A stretch of 64,000 nucleotides of DNA from assembly GCA_047495785.1 (NCBI GenBank), contig JBLDXI010000054.1, positions 186,001 to 250,000 of the forward strand, read 5' to 3'. Positions 37,318-49,802 of this stretch are shown piece by piece. The notes under the pieces are model-generated. The model searched no databases and had not been told where the DNA came from. It worked only from the letters and a program-made list of their open reading frames with translations. Each line of letters begins with the position of its first letter. Positions within the stretch are counted from its first letter, which is position 1. The DNA is from Lepidodermella squamata (lineage: Eukaryota > Animalia > Gastrotricha). The position numbers and the translations under genes were made by a program.

Positions 37318-40300
37318 ATGAATTACCAGCTTATTTTAGTCCTTCTATCAGGCCTTTTCGGCTCGGCCCTTTCTTCAGGTTGATTCGAAATTTATTCTCT
37401 AATTTGTTGTGAATGTATATTTTTCTAGCATCGAAAAAGGAATTAGTGGATGCGATATTTAAAAGCTACGACAAAGCAACTCCACCGTAAATATTTTATT
37501 CTTAATTTATCAATTTTTTTGAAATATTTTTTGAAGGTCGAGTGATACAGTAAATGTCGGCGTGAGGACGAAACTTGGTCAAATCAGCGAATATGCTAAT
37601 TACAAGCTGAGCGTCAATCTTCACGTAATTCAGGTAAAAAGTTTATTAATTTACTCATCGATTTTCTTTAAAAATGATTGAAATTTCACTAGGAATGGCA
37701 AGATCATCGCCTTCATTGGAAGCCGTCGGATTATTCAGGCCTCGAAAAGGTCAAAGTTCCTGTTGATAAAATTTGGTATGCTGAGGTTTTTGTTTTTATT
37801 AATAAAATTGAAAACCCATTTTTTTACAGGAGTGCCCAGGCTCTCGATATCTTGCGCACATCATCAAAGTAATGAATTTTTTTCCAGCGTAAAATATTTT
37901 GAAGATTTCGCGCGGTTGTAGAGTTGATCAAGTTGTAATTTTCGCAAATGGAACTGTCAATTACATTTCGATTGCTGGCCTCGACTTGAACTGCCGAGAT
38001 GGCCATGACAACAAAAATTGGCCGCTCAATGACTTGGTATAATATGATTTAACCTCTCTTGAATGGGTGGTTGTAAATTATTTGAATAACGAAAGAAAAT
38101 TCCTGGTAAAACTTCGAATTTTTTAAAAAACATTTAGATTTCGATTCTGAATTTTTTAATCCACTTACCACTTCAATTTTCGGCAGAACCTCTGGCATGA
38201 TTTACTGTAGCGGGAATTGATGAAAATGGCCTTAAAAACTATTTTTTGAAACATTTCAAAAGTGAATGATGATACCTTCCAAAGAATTTTAGAGTAAATT
38301 ACTGAATTTCTCAACTTCCAAATATTTTTTGAATTTCCAAATTTTTTATTTATTTTTTTCCTCACTTTTTCAATTCATAAAAAATTGTGTCATTTTTTCT
38401 TTTCCGAGTGCAATTCCTCTATGGAAGCTGTAAAATTGAAAAATTGAAAATTATTGAAAAATAAAAAAATAGAAAAATGCCAAAATTTTGAAAAATAATC
38501 CTAACGATTTTCTTGGGTTTTATCGGAACCCGATTCGATCGTTATAGCAAAATTATGAAAAATTTATTCGAAATAACCTTTCTTTTCAAAATTTTCGGGA
38601 TTTTCAATTGATTTTTCTGATTACTCACCAGTTTCTTTTTTTCCCTATCAAGAGCTGTCAAACCAACATGATCCAACTTCGAGACAACAAAAAGCTGAAC
38701 GTGACTGTTTCAGATGCCAACTTCGACATCAGCCACATCGATCCAGAATCGCCGCAACTCTACACCGTTACATCCAGCTCTTTCGTCCTGGGCAACAACT
38801 CAACGGCCGCCGATGACGATGAAGGCGATTCGAAGCCCGCTTTCATTCTTACCATCTCCGTGAGAACCGGCAACGCCGTGTTCTGGCAGAACATGCTCAT
38901 CGACCCGTTGATGATTCTGTGCATATTGACGGCGATGCCGTTTTTCATGGAAGTCAACTCGGCCGGCAAAGTGCCGTTCGCCGCCGCTGTTTTCATGTCG
39001 TTCTTCTTGTATGGAATCACGCTGTACAACTCTTTCGGATCAGCTATCCATTGGGCAACTGGGGGAGCTCCTAAAATAGGTGAGGTCATAAAACTAACAT
39101 TCATCCCTAAAATGAGGAGGACACAAACAACAAATATTTACAATTTTTTTTGAATTATTCAGTAATTTTCTGAAGTTTTCCAAATTTTTTAAGCTTTGTA
39201 ACGTTTTTCATGAATATTGAATTAATCGCTTTCTGAATTTCTTGAATTAAAAAGGTCCAAGGAAAAATAAATTTTTGTTCGATTAATCCATATACATTAT
39301 TTTAGGTGAATTTCCAAAAAGCCTGTCACGCCGACCCAATGTCACATACGCCAATCATTTTGTTTTAATTTTCTGAAATCGACAAAGCACTAGAATTTTT
39401 GTATTTTTAACTCATAAATACTTGGAGCGGCCTTCTATTGATTGATAAAAGGTTCTTGCGTTCTCCAATGGAAATTGTTACTAAATTCACTGAAAATGGG
39501 GTGATTTCGGCAAAAATGCCTTCCATTTTCCTCGGTTCGCTCATTCAAACATTTTTTCGAAAATAAAAAAAACAGTTTATCCAAGTTCAAAATGGTCCCT
39601 ATCTGGGGATGTGAAATTTGTCCGATGAATATTTAATTTCGATTTTTTGGGCTCAGCAAATATTTTTTCTTCGTAAAAAAGCAACGCGAAAAACTAATTC
39701 GCACGTTCAACAAGGGCAGTGGATTGCACTGCTTATAATATTTCTCAAAAATTCAGTATTGCTCCAATCACCTTGGGCCATTCGAGAGCTCAGAGGATGC
39801 CGAAAATTCAGTAAAAAATCCTGTCTTTTTATAGTTTGGCGTTGCCAAGCTATTCAACTACAAAGCCGAAGTATCCAAAGATATCATGGCCAAAATCGTA
39901 TTTGTCCTTGGGTTGGAAAAATCTGAAAAATGTGAAACTTGCAAAAAAGTGGGTGCCGATTTCCCATGGCTGTGAAAAACTCGGGAACTTTTCCCATTTT
40001 ATATGAATTTTATAGAAATTTTCGAATGTTGGAAATTTCTAAAAACACTTCTAAAAGTATAACGTTATGCATAAGTATGCATATAGTAACTGATTATTTC
40101 ATATAACTTTTTCACACATATAAAAAAAATATTTCGCCCCCATTTTCTGATTTTTTTCAAGACCTATAATACAAGATCTAATAAAAATTCAAATTTTCTG
40201 GAAAATTGTGAAATCCAATTAGTTAATTTTGGCAATTCTACCCCGAATTTCCAAATTTTTCTAACGGGAAAAATAATTTTAATTTTAATTTTTTGTTATC

Positions 40301-40712
40301 AGTTAAAACGTGGCGCTTTAATGCCGTTCAAGCCGCATTCGCTATAGTCCAGTCTAGCATGACGGTGGACATGTGCCACAAAAAAACCGACCCGGGCAAC
40401 TGCATGCGTAAAGTTTTCATCAACGCCCTCGCGCCCGTCTTGCTCTGCGGCTGTTTCAAGAAATGCGCCGACAAGAAGAAGAAAGCTGACGCGGCCAAAA
40501 CCGCAGAAGAAGGCCAGGCGATGACGCAACACGGCGCGACGTCGGATGACGTTAAAATCGAGCTGGCTCAGGATGACGAAGATAAGCCGAAGACAAAGGC
40601 GGAGAAGTACGCCGAGGAGTGGCACACGATTGCGTCCGTCATCGACCGAATTTGCGGCATTTTCTGGCTGATTCATGCTATTGTCACCATCACCCTGTGG
40701 CTGCCGAGATAA
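37318..40712 (+). CDS. Intron-rich, highly divergent nAChR-like pLGIC subunit
   Basis: Signal peptide, SYDK..PP, EWQDHRLHWKPSDY, M1-M3 in exons ~38653-39079 and 40302 onward, intracellular loop, EEWHTIASVIDR before M4. The middle exon boundaries are less certain. Confidence 0.75.
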
Positions 40713-40967
40713 ATTCGTAGGGGGAATGTCATTTACACTGCCGAATGGGAGAAAAACTGAACTAATTATTGTATTCAATTGTGGCTTTGAACTCATTAGA
40801 CCAACTTTTTATGACGAGCTCGATTGTTACTTCTTTTCAGCTTTTAAATTCAATAAAATAAAATTGGAATTTAATTGCAGAGATTTTTGCTAGAATTCCT
40901 ACGCATGGTGAATACGTGAGAACGTGTAAAAAAAATAAAAATAAAAAATAAAATGAAAATAAAAATG

Positions 40968-41039
40968 TTCCCTGACCGGGAATCGAACCCGGGCCGCCGC
41001 GGTGAAAGCGCGGAATCCTAACCACTAGACCATCAGGGA
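40968..41039 (-). tRNA. tRNA-Glu (TTC)
   Basis: TCCCTGATGGTCTAGTGGTTAGGATTCCGCGCTTTCACCGCGGCGGCCCGGGTTCGATTCCCGGTCAGGGAA forms a full cloverleaf, with downstream T-runs. Confidence 0.96.
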
Positions 41040-41902
41040 TGGCTGAAATGAGAGGGCGTGTGCGCACTCATCTAGGAGCACGTTCCAGCTGTAATAACAA
41101 CGTGGGTGATGTTTTTTTACTGTGCCGGCAATTTGTGGTTGCTTTATATTCGACACGCAGTACGTATAACAAAACATTATTTTTCTATGGAATCAGTATT
41201 TATCGAATAAAGACTTTGATGCTTCCGAAGAGGAAGCCGATGAATGGAGGGATTCATACATACACAAGTTAATTTTGCAAATTTTTGAATTCTTTTTTTC
41301 GAAATTGAGAGAATCTTCAATTATTTATCCAGGATTTTATACCGACGAAATTCAAAACTTACCGGAGAAAACCTTTAATCCTCAAAAACCCGATAGTAAC
41401 TGGTTCGGTCTTTTATGGTTGTTACCTGATTTGATCGAATTTCTTAGGATTTTTTGTCCTATTCTCAAGAGACATACCTGATTACTATTCATGTACTATG
41501 GCAGTTTAGAGATTATTCTGCGATTTTTCTGGCCGTGAGATAGGACTTCGCCTCTCCTTTTAGAATTGTTGATTCCTTCACCCCATATTTTCTTCCTTTT
41601 TCGTTACTTATGGGACATGCTGTAAGCCCAATCGACTCGGGCATCAGTTTGATGATTTAGAACCCGGTAACCGATAAGGCAATCAAAGATCCGTTATCCC
41701 CCGCTTGAACTTCTACGGCTAGACATCAAATTTCAATAAATCATTGAGTAGCAATAGCAAATTTGTGCGATATTGACAAAGGATAACGCATCGCGATGAA
41801 TCGTTGAGGAAATTGCATTCGAAGAGTTACAAATAAATAAACGAAAGCTGAAAGAGCCAACAGTACACAGAAGAATTTTTCCAGCAGCGTTATTGCGTCA
41901 TC

Positions 41903-43078
41903 ATGGATAGTTTGATTTTGCCAGAATTTCTCATATTCTGCATATTGCTGCGAAATGCCTTGGCTATACCAGCCAGCAATGACACCATTTGGACGTTCAA
42001 TCCAACAACGACGATTTTAAGCAACTGTAGGGTAGGACCTGCAGTCAATTCGCTGACTGAATTAGAAGGAGAGCCCACTCTAATTAGCCTAGGACTACAA
42101 CCGAAGCTCTTAGTCGATATTGACGATGTTTCTGAGACATTTACGCTTTATGCTGAACTATACGTCACCTACTTTTCAACATGCGTCGCCAATTTGTACC
42201 GCAATGTATCGCGCAATGGTAGTGTCGATTGGCCGCCTGCCATAGACTACCTATCACATGAGGATCCAACCCTGTACTGGTTTCCGGCTTTGTTCCACGA
42301 AAATTCAATTGGCAGCCCCGCGATGGTAGAAGGATTTTATAGAATGCTGCACGTGGGAATGACTTACGGCGCGATTAAAAATGGCTTGGTTGGAAAAATT
42401 GCGTCCTACTGCAATTTGGACATGACGTATTTCCCTTTCGATAATCAGGTGTGCCACATTGAATTCGTTCTCATGCAAAGCGAAACCTTTTCGAAAATCA
42501 ACAGGGCAGTGTTTGATTCTCATGAAGCTCCCTTTATGAAGTCTAACTCCGGTTGGGAACATGAAATTTCGAAGCGTAACGTCTCCTTTGGAACTTTGCA
42601 ATCAACCCAGAAGGTCAATTTTTCAAGGGCTACTTTCAGCTTCGAATTTAAGCGGAAACCGCAGTATTTCTTGACTTATCTGTTCGCTCCGAGTGTCCTC
42701 CTCGGTGTTTTGATTCTATCTTCTTTCCTCATCCCGGCCGAGGTTCCAGATCGGCCTGTTTTCTCTTGCACAGTTATGCTGGCTATTTTTGTCCTGCAAC
42801 AGAATCTTCAAGCTTCTCTGCCGAAAACGCCAAAGCCGGTGGTTGCTGGATTTTTCAGCCTGTCACAAGCCGTTCTCGCTACGCTATGTGTCATATACGA
42901 GTCAATGATGTGTGGATTTATTTCTATGTTTCCCGAAATCTCTGAGATAAAGTTTACTATTCTAGGTAAATCAGTTACGTGTTATCTGGTTGTCGATGTA
43001 ATAGTCTTCACACTCACTTTCTTGGCCTATTTGTTGTCAAATGTGCTAATTGGTATCATTATGCTACAGCTTTTCTGA
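41903..43078 (+). CDS. Intronless short-loop Cys-loop pLGIC, tandem copy 1 (391 aa)
   Basis: Signal peptide, WFPAL, CNLDMTYFPFDNQVC, four TM helices. Confidence 0.92.
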   Translation: MDSLILPEFLIFCILLRNALAIPASNDTIWTFNPTTTILSNCRVGPAVNSLTELEGEPTLISLGLQPKLLVDIDDVSETFTLYAELYVTYFSTCVANLYRNVSRNGSVDWPPAIDYLSHEDPTLYWFPALFHENSIGSPAMVEGFYRMLHVGMTYGAIKNGLVGKIASYCNLDMTYFPFDNQVCHIEFVLMQSETFSKINRAVFDSHEAPFMKSNSGWEHEISKRNVSFGTLQSTQKVNFSRATFSFEFKRKPQYFLTYLFAPSVLLGVLILSSFLIPAEVPDRPVFSCTVMLAIFVLQQNLQASLPKTPKPVVAGFFSLSQAVLATLCVIYESMMCGFISMFPEISEIKFTILGKSVTCYLVVDVIVFTLTFLAYLLSNVLIGIIMLQLF

Positions 43079-44411
43079 GTAATTAATTGTTAGTATCTTG
43101 GCAGTTATTATTATCCGCTCTAACGGATCGAAAGCGAAATCTAAAATTGAACGTTCGACATAAAATGAGAGACTCAGCATTTTTGAATTTGTTTCAACTT
43201 CACTACTGAGAGGGAGAATGGATGGCTGAAATTAAGGGGCGCGTGCGCACTCATGTAGGAGCGTGTTTCAGCTGCAATAATAATGTGGGTAATGTTTTTT
43301 GATGTGCCGGCAATTTGTGTTTGCTTTTTAGTCGACACGCGTCGATAAAGACACACGAAGCCGTCCTTATCGATGAAGTTAACTTTATCCAATAATGTCG
43401 ACTTTATCGCCATGAAATAAAGTCGGCCAGCATAATTTTCGTACATGAAGACAACTTTGTTTTACTCAAGTCGGCCTCGTCTCGCAAACCGCAAACATAA
43501 AAAGTGTACTGCGGGTGATAATGTCGACCCGCCAAGAATCGAGCATTTTGACGTCAAAACACTTGTTGACCTAAAACAAATCTTAGCAATAAAAGAGGCT
43601 GATAAAAAGCAGGTCACGGGCCGTGACCCAATTTCATCAGCAAATTGTTGGGGCCCGAGCCCGATTTCTACCCGTACGCGTTCGGGTCAGCCCGTACGCG
43701 GCCGGGTAACAGCGCTTTACCACTCCGCGCTCGGGCCGGTTTAAAATTTACCCGTATGCGACGTTTACTGTAAATTTAACGAATTTCAACGAATTCCGCT
43801 TCACTGCACACGGGCCGGCCGAGGTGTTAGCCCGAGCACGGCGGAGAACAATGGGAACCAGCGCTATTGTTCAGCGCTCGCGCACGCCGCACTCGGGCCG
43901 CCGGGCTCGGGCCGCCGGAATTTTGTCGCCTGCTAGTTGCCGTCCTACAACATAGTTTATTACCTGGGCGCGGCCAAACACAAAACTGACTGTTTGGAAT
44001 TCGTAGCAGAGTACCGGCTTTTTTATTGAAATAAATGAAATGTCAATTTCCACTAAACAGTATAATTTCCCGTTTCAATGTAAGGCATGGCGATGATTGA
44101 ACAGATTGAAGGATTGTAATAGCGATTTTTTTCACAACATCAATTCATGAAACTCAAAAGAACTGAAGCATCAGGCATCAGGTTATATCCGTTATGCAAA
44201 TGTGAATGAAAAGTTACACTGAGTTCACAAATTTTTAGAGATTTTTAGAAATTTGATAAATAAATGCAAGTGCGAAACATTTTTTCACATCAGAAATATT
44301 TAGACGACTCAACAATGGAAAGCAATGCTAGAAAAATTCATGCTTACAATGAAAATTGCGGCAGATATAAACATCTTTAACATAGAAAAATCAGAAATAG
44401 AAAGCAATGCA

Positions 44412-47400
44412 TCACTTGTTAGCGCAAGTCCTAGCCGAGTGGCACCGGGACTGGCAGAGGCGGCCGTTGTTCTTGCAAGGACAGTACCGCTTGTCGCACG
44501 CCGTTCGACACTGGCACGGCTTTGCAGTTGTGACACCAGCATCAGCGCCGGCCTTTGCAGCTGCCGTTCGCAAGGTGAGCCCCTTGTCTGCAGGAACCTT
44601 GTCAATTGTTAGGTTGGATGATTTGATCGGCTCGACTTCGTGCCGCATGAAGCTGCGAGAAATTACACCGTGTTCAGTTCCAATAATATAATCGCCGTAG
44701 TCGCCGATTCGCATGACCACTCCGATTAGGCGCCGCGGTTCAGTGTGGTGCCGATCTTCTTTCGGGATCGGTACGGCAACCCGGGTTCCAACTTCCAACA
44801 CTGGGTATTTTCGACGAACGGCCGTCAACATTCGATCGGCTTGCTTGTTCAGGTTGCTAGAAGCAGCAACCCGAACTTCGGCCTGACTTTGCTGATGTAA
44901 GCAAAGATCGCATAGATCTTCAGTCGTCTCTCGGCTGCTGCAATTATTGCATAGATGGAGAACAGCCGAGATGCTGGTTGAAGAGACAGCGGACGAGCTG
45001 GAGGCTGAGCGGGCCGATGATCGGGCGGATGACAGTTGAGCCATTTCAACCGGTCCGATAGTCGCAAGGCTAGAAGGTGCTTCCAAGTCAGGACGAGCGA
45101 TGGGGGCGATATAAGCGACGCAATCGTCGGTCAAAATGTCACGAAGAACGGGATCGCGATGAACGTCTTCGGGATTTTGGTAAGACGATGATTCATTCGA
45201 GTAGCTTGGCAAATCGATCGATTGCAGAGGCTTCGATTTGTTCGACGGTTGACCGCTCACGCCGGAAGCCGAAGCAGATGACACGGTGCTGATGTGATTT
45301 TGATGGGCCTCGTCGACGCTGGGACCTTCGTTAGACCAGGCGCTGAAAACCTGTGCGAGCTGGGAATCGACGAGAGGAGCAATTTTCGCGACTTTAGCCG
45401 GGGTAGCTTCCATTTGCAAGCATTCTTCGTCGGAATCATCGTCAGAAGCGTCTAAAAATAGGAGAAATAAAAATAGGATGTTGGGACAAATTAAATTTTT
45501 AGGGAAAATTCCACCTTAAAAATAAATCGCGAGAGAAGCAATTTAGGATGCCACTTTTTAATGGGATTAAAAAATTTCGGAGAAATTTAGTCTAACCTAA
45601 AAATGACCAGACCAAACGGAAAGGTTACCATCGGAATTCCCTGATTTTCTCCGGTAAATTTTGATTTTTTCGGGTATGGTCACGGAAAAATAAATTGAAA
45701 AATTCTGAGAAAAATGAAACCAATTTTAAGGAGCAATCTTTCATACACTGTTTTGAATACTTTCGAACTGGAATACTTACTGGAATAATAGTTGTAAATT
45801 TTTCCGCAAGAAAATGAAAGTGCAAGGGCTCAATAATCGAACTTCGTAAAAAACCCGAAACCCAAGTCTAAACTTAGCCTTGAACCCTAACCGAACCCTG
45901 ACACCTAACCTATTAACCTCTCGGAACCTATTTAATTTATTGGCGACACAGAAATGCTTCAAAACTAGCGCGAGCAAAAATCCGGAAAATTCGGATACTC
46001 GCCACTTTCGGATTGCAACACGCGCTTCAGGTCCTTCTCCGAGTCAATGGTGGGTACAACGTCGAACGGGATGCCTTGCACAGAGAAAAGGCCGCGGCAC
46101 GGTGGAAGTCCGAAAAGCCCCTCGTACGGAGTTGTACCGATTGCGACGTGCCAAGTGGTGTTGACAGCGAGTTGAATAGCGGGAAGTTTCGCCACCCAAC
46201 GATAGGAGCCATTGTCCAGCTGAGTAGCCGCAACAGCATCGTTGATCTTTTCGTTTAGCCGCTCCACGCTATTAAATGAAAGTAATTTATTAAAAATTAA
46301 AAAAATATTCAAAAGATTAAAATTTTGATGCTAGAATTCTAAAATAACCCGAATTAAAATCAAAGAGCCCACGACGAATTAAAAATACCCACCATCCTTG
46401 AGATTGACTGTGTCGAGGTCGACCATGGACAATTCTACCAACAGGGTTCAACTCGTTTACGCGTTTCACCAGCTGCGCATTTGTGAATTCTTTGCCGTTG
46501 TCACACTAGAGAAAAAAAAATTGGATTAAAATTTAATCAATTTTATATAAAAAATTAAAATATAATAATAAAATTAGCAAAATTGTAAATAAGCGCGAGA
46601 AGGGTAATACTCACGTGCAAAATTGTTGGACAGCCGATTGTGCTGAAAATATCGACAAGAACACCCGCTACAACTTCCTTGGATTTCGCAATCAAAGGAC
46701 GCAGGAAGCAAAATTTTGTCAACAGATCGATAAAACACAAAATATAGACGTAAGGAGATCCGGGGTTTGCGTTAGAATCATCTGGTTTCCGAGTCATGTC
46801 TGCAAAAAATATTAAAAAGTTAGAACTCACGTCTTAATTTATGAAAAAGCTGATAAAAAAACGAAAAAATAAATAAACTCACCGATAAGGTCAGCCTGAC
46901 CTCGCTCGAGAAACCGCTTCGGTCTCGACGGTCGTACCACAACCTTGGTCGTTTTCGGCTTTCGACGGCGATCGCATGTTTCGCAGGTTTCGACGTACAG
47001 CTCGCAAGCCTGCCGCGTAATGTTGGCGCATTTGTCCTTCAATTGCTCGTAGGTTCTTCTATAGCCCCGATGGTTTTCACCATGAGCCATATCAATGATC
47101 TGCATATTAAAAATAATATGAAAAAATTGAGAAAATTTTTTTGTAAAAAAACCTGCGTGTCCCATAAGTAACGCAAGCATAGGAAATACACGGAAAGGGT
47201 AAAAAAATTGAATAAATCACGATAATAGCTATCAAATATGTCTCTTGTGAATAGATAAAAAAATGCCGATAAATTAGATCTAACCAGGTAAAAAACCGAA
47301 AACTACCAAACCAACTACCAAACCTGATTTTTGAACTTACATCGTAGAAGTCTTCGATGGGATAGTAGAATAACACCCGCTGCTCGCTTTCGTAAGCCTT

Positions 47401-47625
47401 TCGATCAACAAGTCGTTCAGTACCATCGACGACGTGGACCAGGTAGCGATGGTCGCGGCGGCGGTCGAGAGAAGTCTCGCGCTTGTTGTGGGCGTTTTTC
47501 GTTTCTTCGATTTTCGCCGCTAGTTGTTGACGGTTGAATAGCGCGTGATTATCGCCCGCTTTCTCACGAATCTTCTCCAACTGTTCATTGAACAGCTGAC
47601 GATGTTCGTCAACGATGATGCTCAT
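44412..47625 (-). CDS. Integrase-type DDE transposase (KRBA2/SCAND3-like), ~701 aa, 6 exons
   Basis: Exons 47625-47341, 47099-46883, 46799-46615, 46505-46393, 46268-46003 (GC donor), 45451-44412 total 2106 nt and are open. H2C2 zinc motif, ADLIDM, CDNGKEF, HSQSQGCVER, TPYE, and a C-terminal Cys cluster CQCRTAC...CHS...C. Confidence 0.88.
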
Positions 47626-47918
47626 AATTATTTATAAAACCTAAACAACAAACAACAGGAAAGTTAGTAGTTGGGGTTATTTTGAAGGGTTATTTTATTA
47701 AGGTTGTAACGCTTGATCAACGGAATATTGATTCATAGAATAATGAAGTCAGATAATCAGTACAGTTGTAGACAAAATCACCGGCTGCAGAGCCGACCAG
47801 CTTGGCATGTGGACCTGAAAGATAAACGAACATTAGACGAACATTAGACGAAGGTCAATTTGGCGAAAAAATGGGGGGGAAATTCGCTAAAAAAACGCTG
47901 GAAAAAATAACTAACCTT

Positions 47919-48341
47919 TCAATTTTCCAACATTGGAAGGTCATCATCATCAGAGGGTTGACCTTGTGCTTGTTGAACGGCTGCTTCTTGAGCGGCTGCT
48001 TGTTGCGCGGCTAGTCGACGGCGGCGCTGCATTTCAGCGATCGACTCGGCGATGTCCGGCAATACCGGGTCGATCGGGAGATCGTCGACTTCCTCCGTCT
48101 CGGAGCCGGAGTCACTGACTTCCGACCCCAAGGTCGAGTCTTCGAGGTGATGCTCGATCTCCTCCACGTCGATGAGCACGTGGCCGGCAGCGTTGACGTA
48201 GTAGCCTACGCGATTTTCGTCAGGCCGCCAATTGTTGCCGTTGCCCTGCCTGTTATTGTTGCCGCTGCCGGAGCCGCCGTTGCCGGAGCCGCCGTTGCCG
48301 AAGCCGCCGTTGCCGAAGCCGCCGTTGCCGCTGCACGCCAT
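47919..48341 (-). CDS. Accessory ORF in the transposon (Gly/Asn-repeat, acidic, Gln/Ala-rich; 140 aa)
   Basis: GC-rich ORF with (GNGG[FS])x4, upstream of and co-oriented with the transposase. Confidence 0.55.
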   Translation of the reverse strand: MACSGNGGFGNGGFGNGGSGNGGSGSGNNNRQGNGNNWRPDENRVGYYVNAAGHVLIDVEEIEHHLEDSTLGSEVSDSGSETEEVDDLPIDPVLPDIAESIAEMQRRRRLAAQQAAAQEAAVQQAQGQPSDDDDLPMLEN

Positions 48342-49802
48342 TGAACAGTAGTGAGTAGATAGTAGTGAGTTGGGAGTATTGAGTTTAGTTAGTTGAGTTG
48401 TTATCAAAATTTGAAACTTCTCAAATGATGGTTACAAATTGAGCTTTCAGTTATCGGCTGTCAGTGGGTGGAGCTTAGTGTTACACGTGCGTGATATTGA
48501 CAGGTATACCCGGGTGCCAGCGATGGGTGCGCGTGCACATTCAGCGCGCGTCTTGTCGTGCCGCGTGTAATCTAAATAAATCACGCATACCATCAGATGC
48601 GCGTTACAGCGGCGATGTCAAACAGCGGCGTCTCTATGATCTTCTAAGATTGATTCATCAGTAACCTCATCATTAAACAACACGTGTCGAGCTTCATTCA
48701 ATTGCGGCGACTTTTATTGTCAAACGAGAAGCCAAAAAAATGAAAAATGATAATGATAGTAAATAACATAGATTGGAAAAGAGACGTTTTTCCAATAAAA
48801 CAAGACCGTTGGAAAAAAAAAATTGGAAAAGAGACTCCATCATTTTTATTCCGTTTTAAGTGTAATAACAGTCGTTAAGGTACAACGGGTTCCATGCTGG
48901 TTGTAGAACGGCCGCGCCCAGGCAATAAACTTATGTCGTAAGACGGCGCTAGTCAGGCGGCCGAAGTCCAGCGGCCCGAGCCCGGCAGCCCGAGTGCGGC
49001 GCTGAACAATAGCGCTGGTTCCCATTGTTCTCCGCCGTGCTCGGGCCAACACCTCGGCCGGCCCGTGTGCAGTGAAGCGGAATTCGTTGAAATTCGTTAA
49101 ATTTACAGTAAACGTCGCATACGGGTAAATTTTAAACCGGCCCGAGCGCGGAGTGGTAAAGTGCTGTTACCCGGCCGCGTACGGGCTGACCCGAACGCGG
49201 CCGGGCCGAATTCGGACTCGGGCCCCAACAAAATGACAAAGCGCGTATAACAAAGCAATATTTTATATTGGCAGCGCACTTCCGAAGATGAAGGCGATGA
49301 ATAGATGGGTGGATTCATAGGTAAGCCCAATTGCCCGACGATACGTTTGGGCATCATGTTGATAATTTAACCCGGGTAACCGATGTGGCAATCAAAAATC
49401 CGGTATTCCCCGAATCAGCTCCGGGGTTAAAGCCGTCCTTTTGTTGATATAGCCAGCTTCATCAAATAAAGTCGACACAAGCTAAATTGCTATTTTATTG
49501 AGAACCAGCTAAGCTTTCTCAGTAGCTTGACCAAAGCGCCAGCTTAAATTTCGAGCTAGACATCACATTTCTAGGTGATCTTTGATATATTCCATGCAGG
49601 GACATGTGAACATTCAGTTGCGGCTCATACTGCATCGCCTTCAACTGAATAGCGATTGTCGAGCGATATTAGAATTGACAACGAAAAATTCATCGCGTTG
49701 CACCGCTAAGGAAATTGCATTCGGAGAGTTCAAAATAAATAAAAAAGGTAAAACAACCTTTTGTAACCGGAATGATTTTTCGAGCTTCATTATTGCGTTT
49801 TC

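Larger units (their letters stand above)
43646..49230. mobile_element. Ginger-like (Ginger2/TDD-type) DNA transposon, apparently complete
   Basis: TGT...ACA termini, 4-bp TSD AAAT (43642-43645 and 49231-49234), ~320-330 bp TIRs, Gypsy-integrase-like transposase, no RT or LTR. Confidence 0.88.

Noticed and set aside
43646-49230. LTR retrotransposon interpretation of the integrase
   Set aside because: Repeats are inverted, the gene has introns, and no gag, protease or RT is present.
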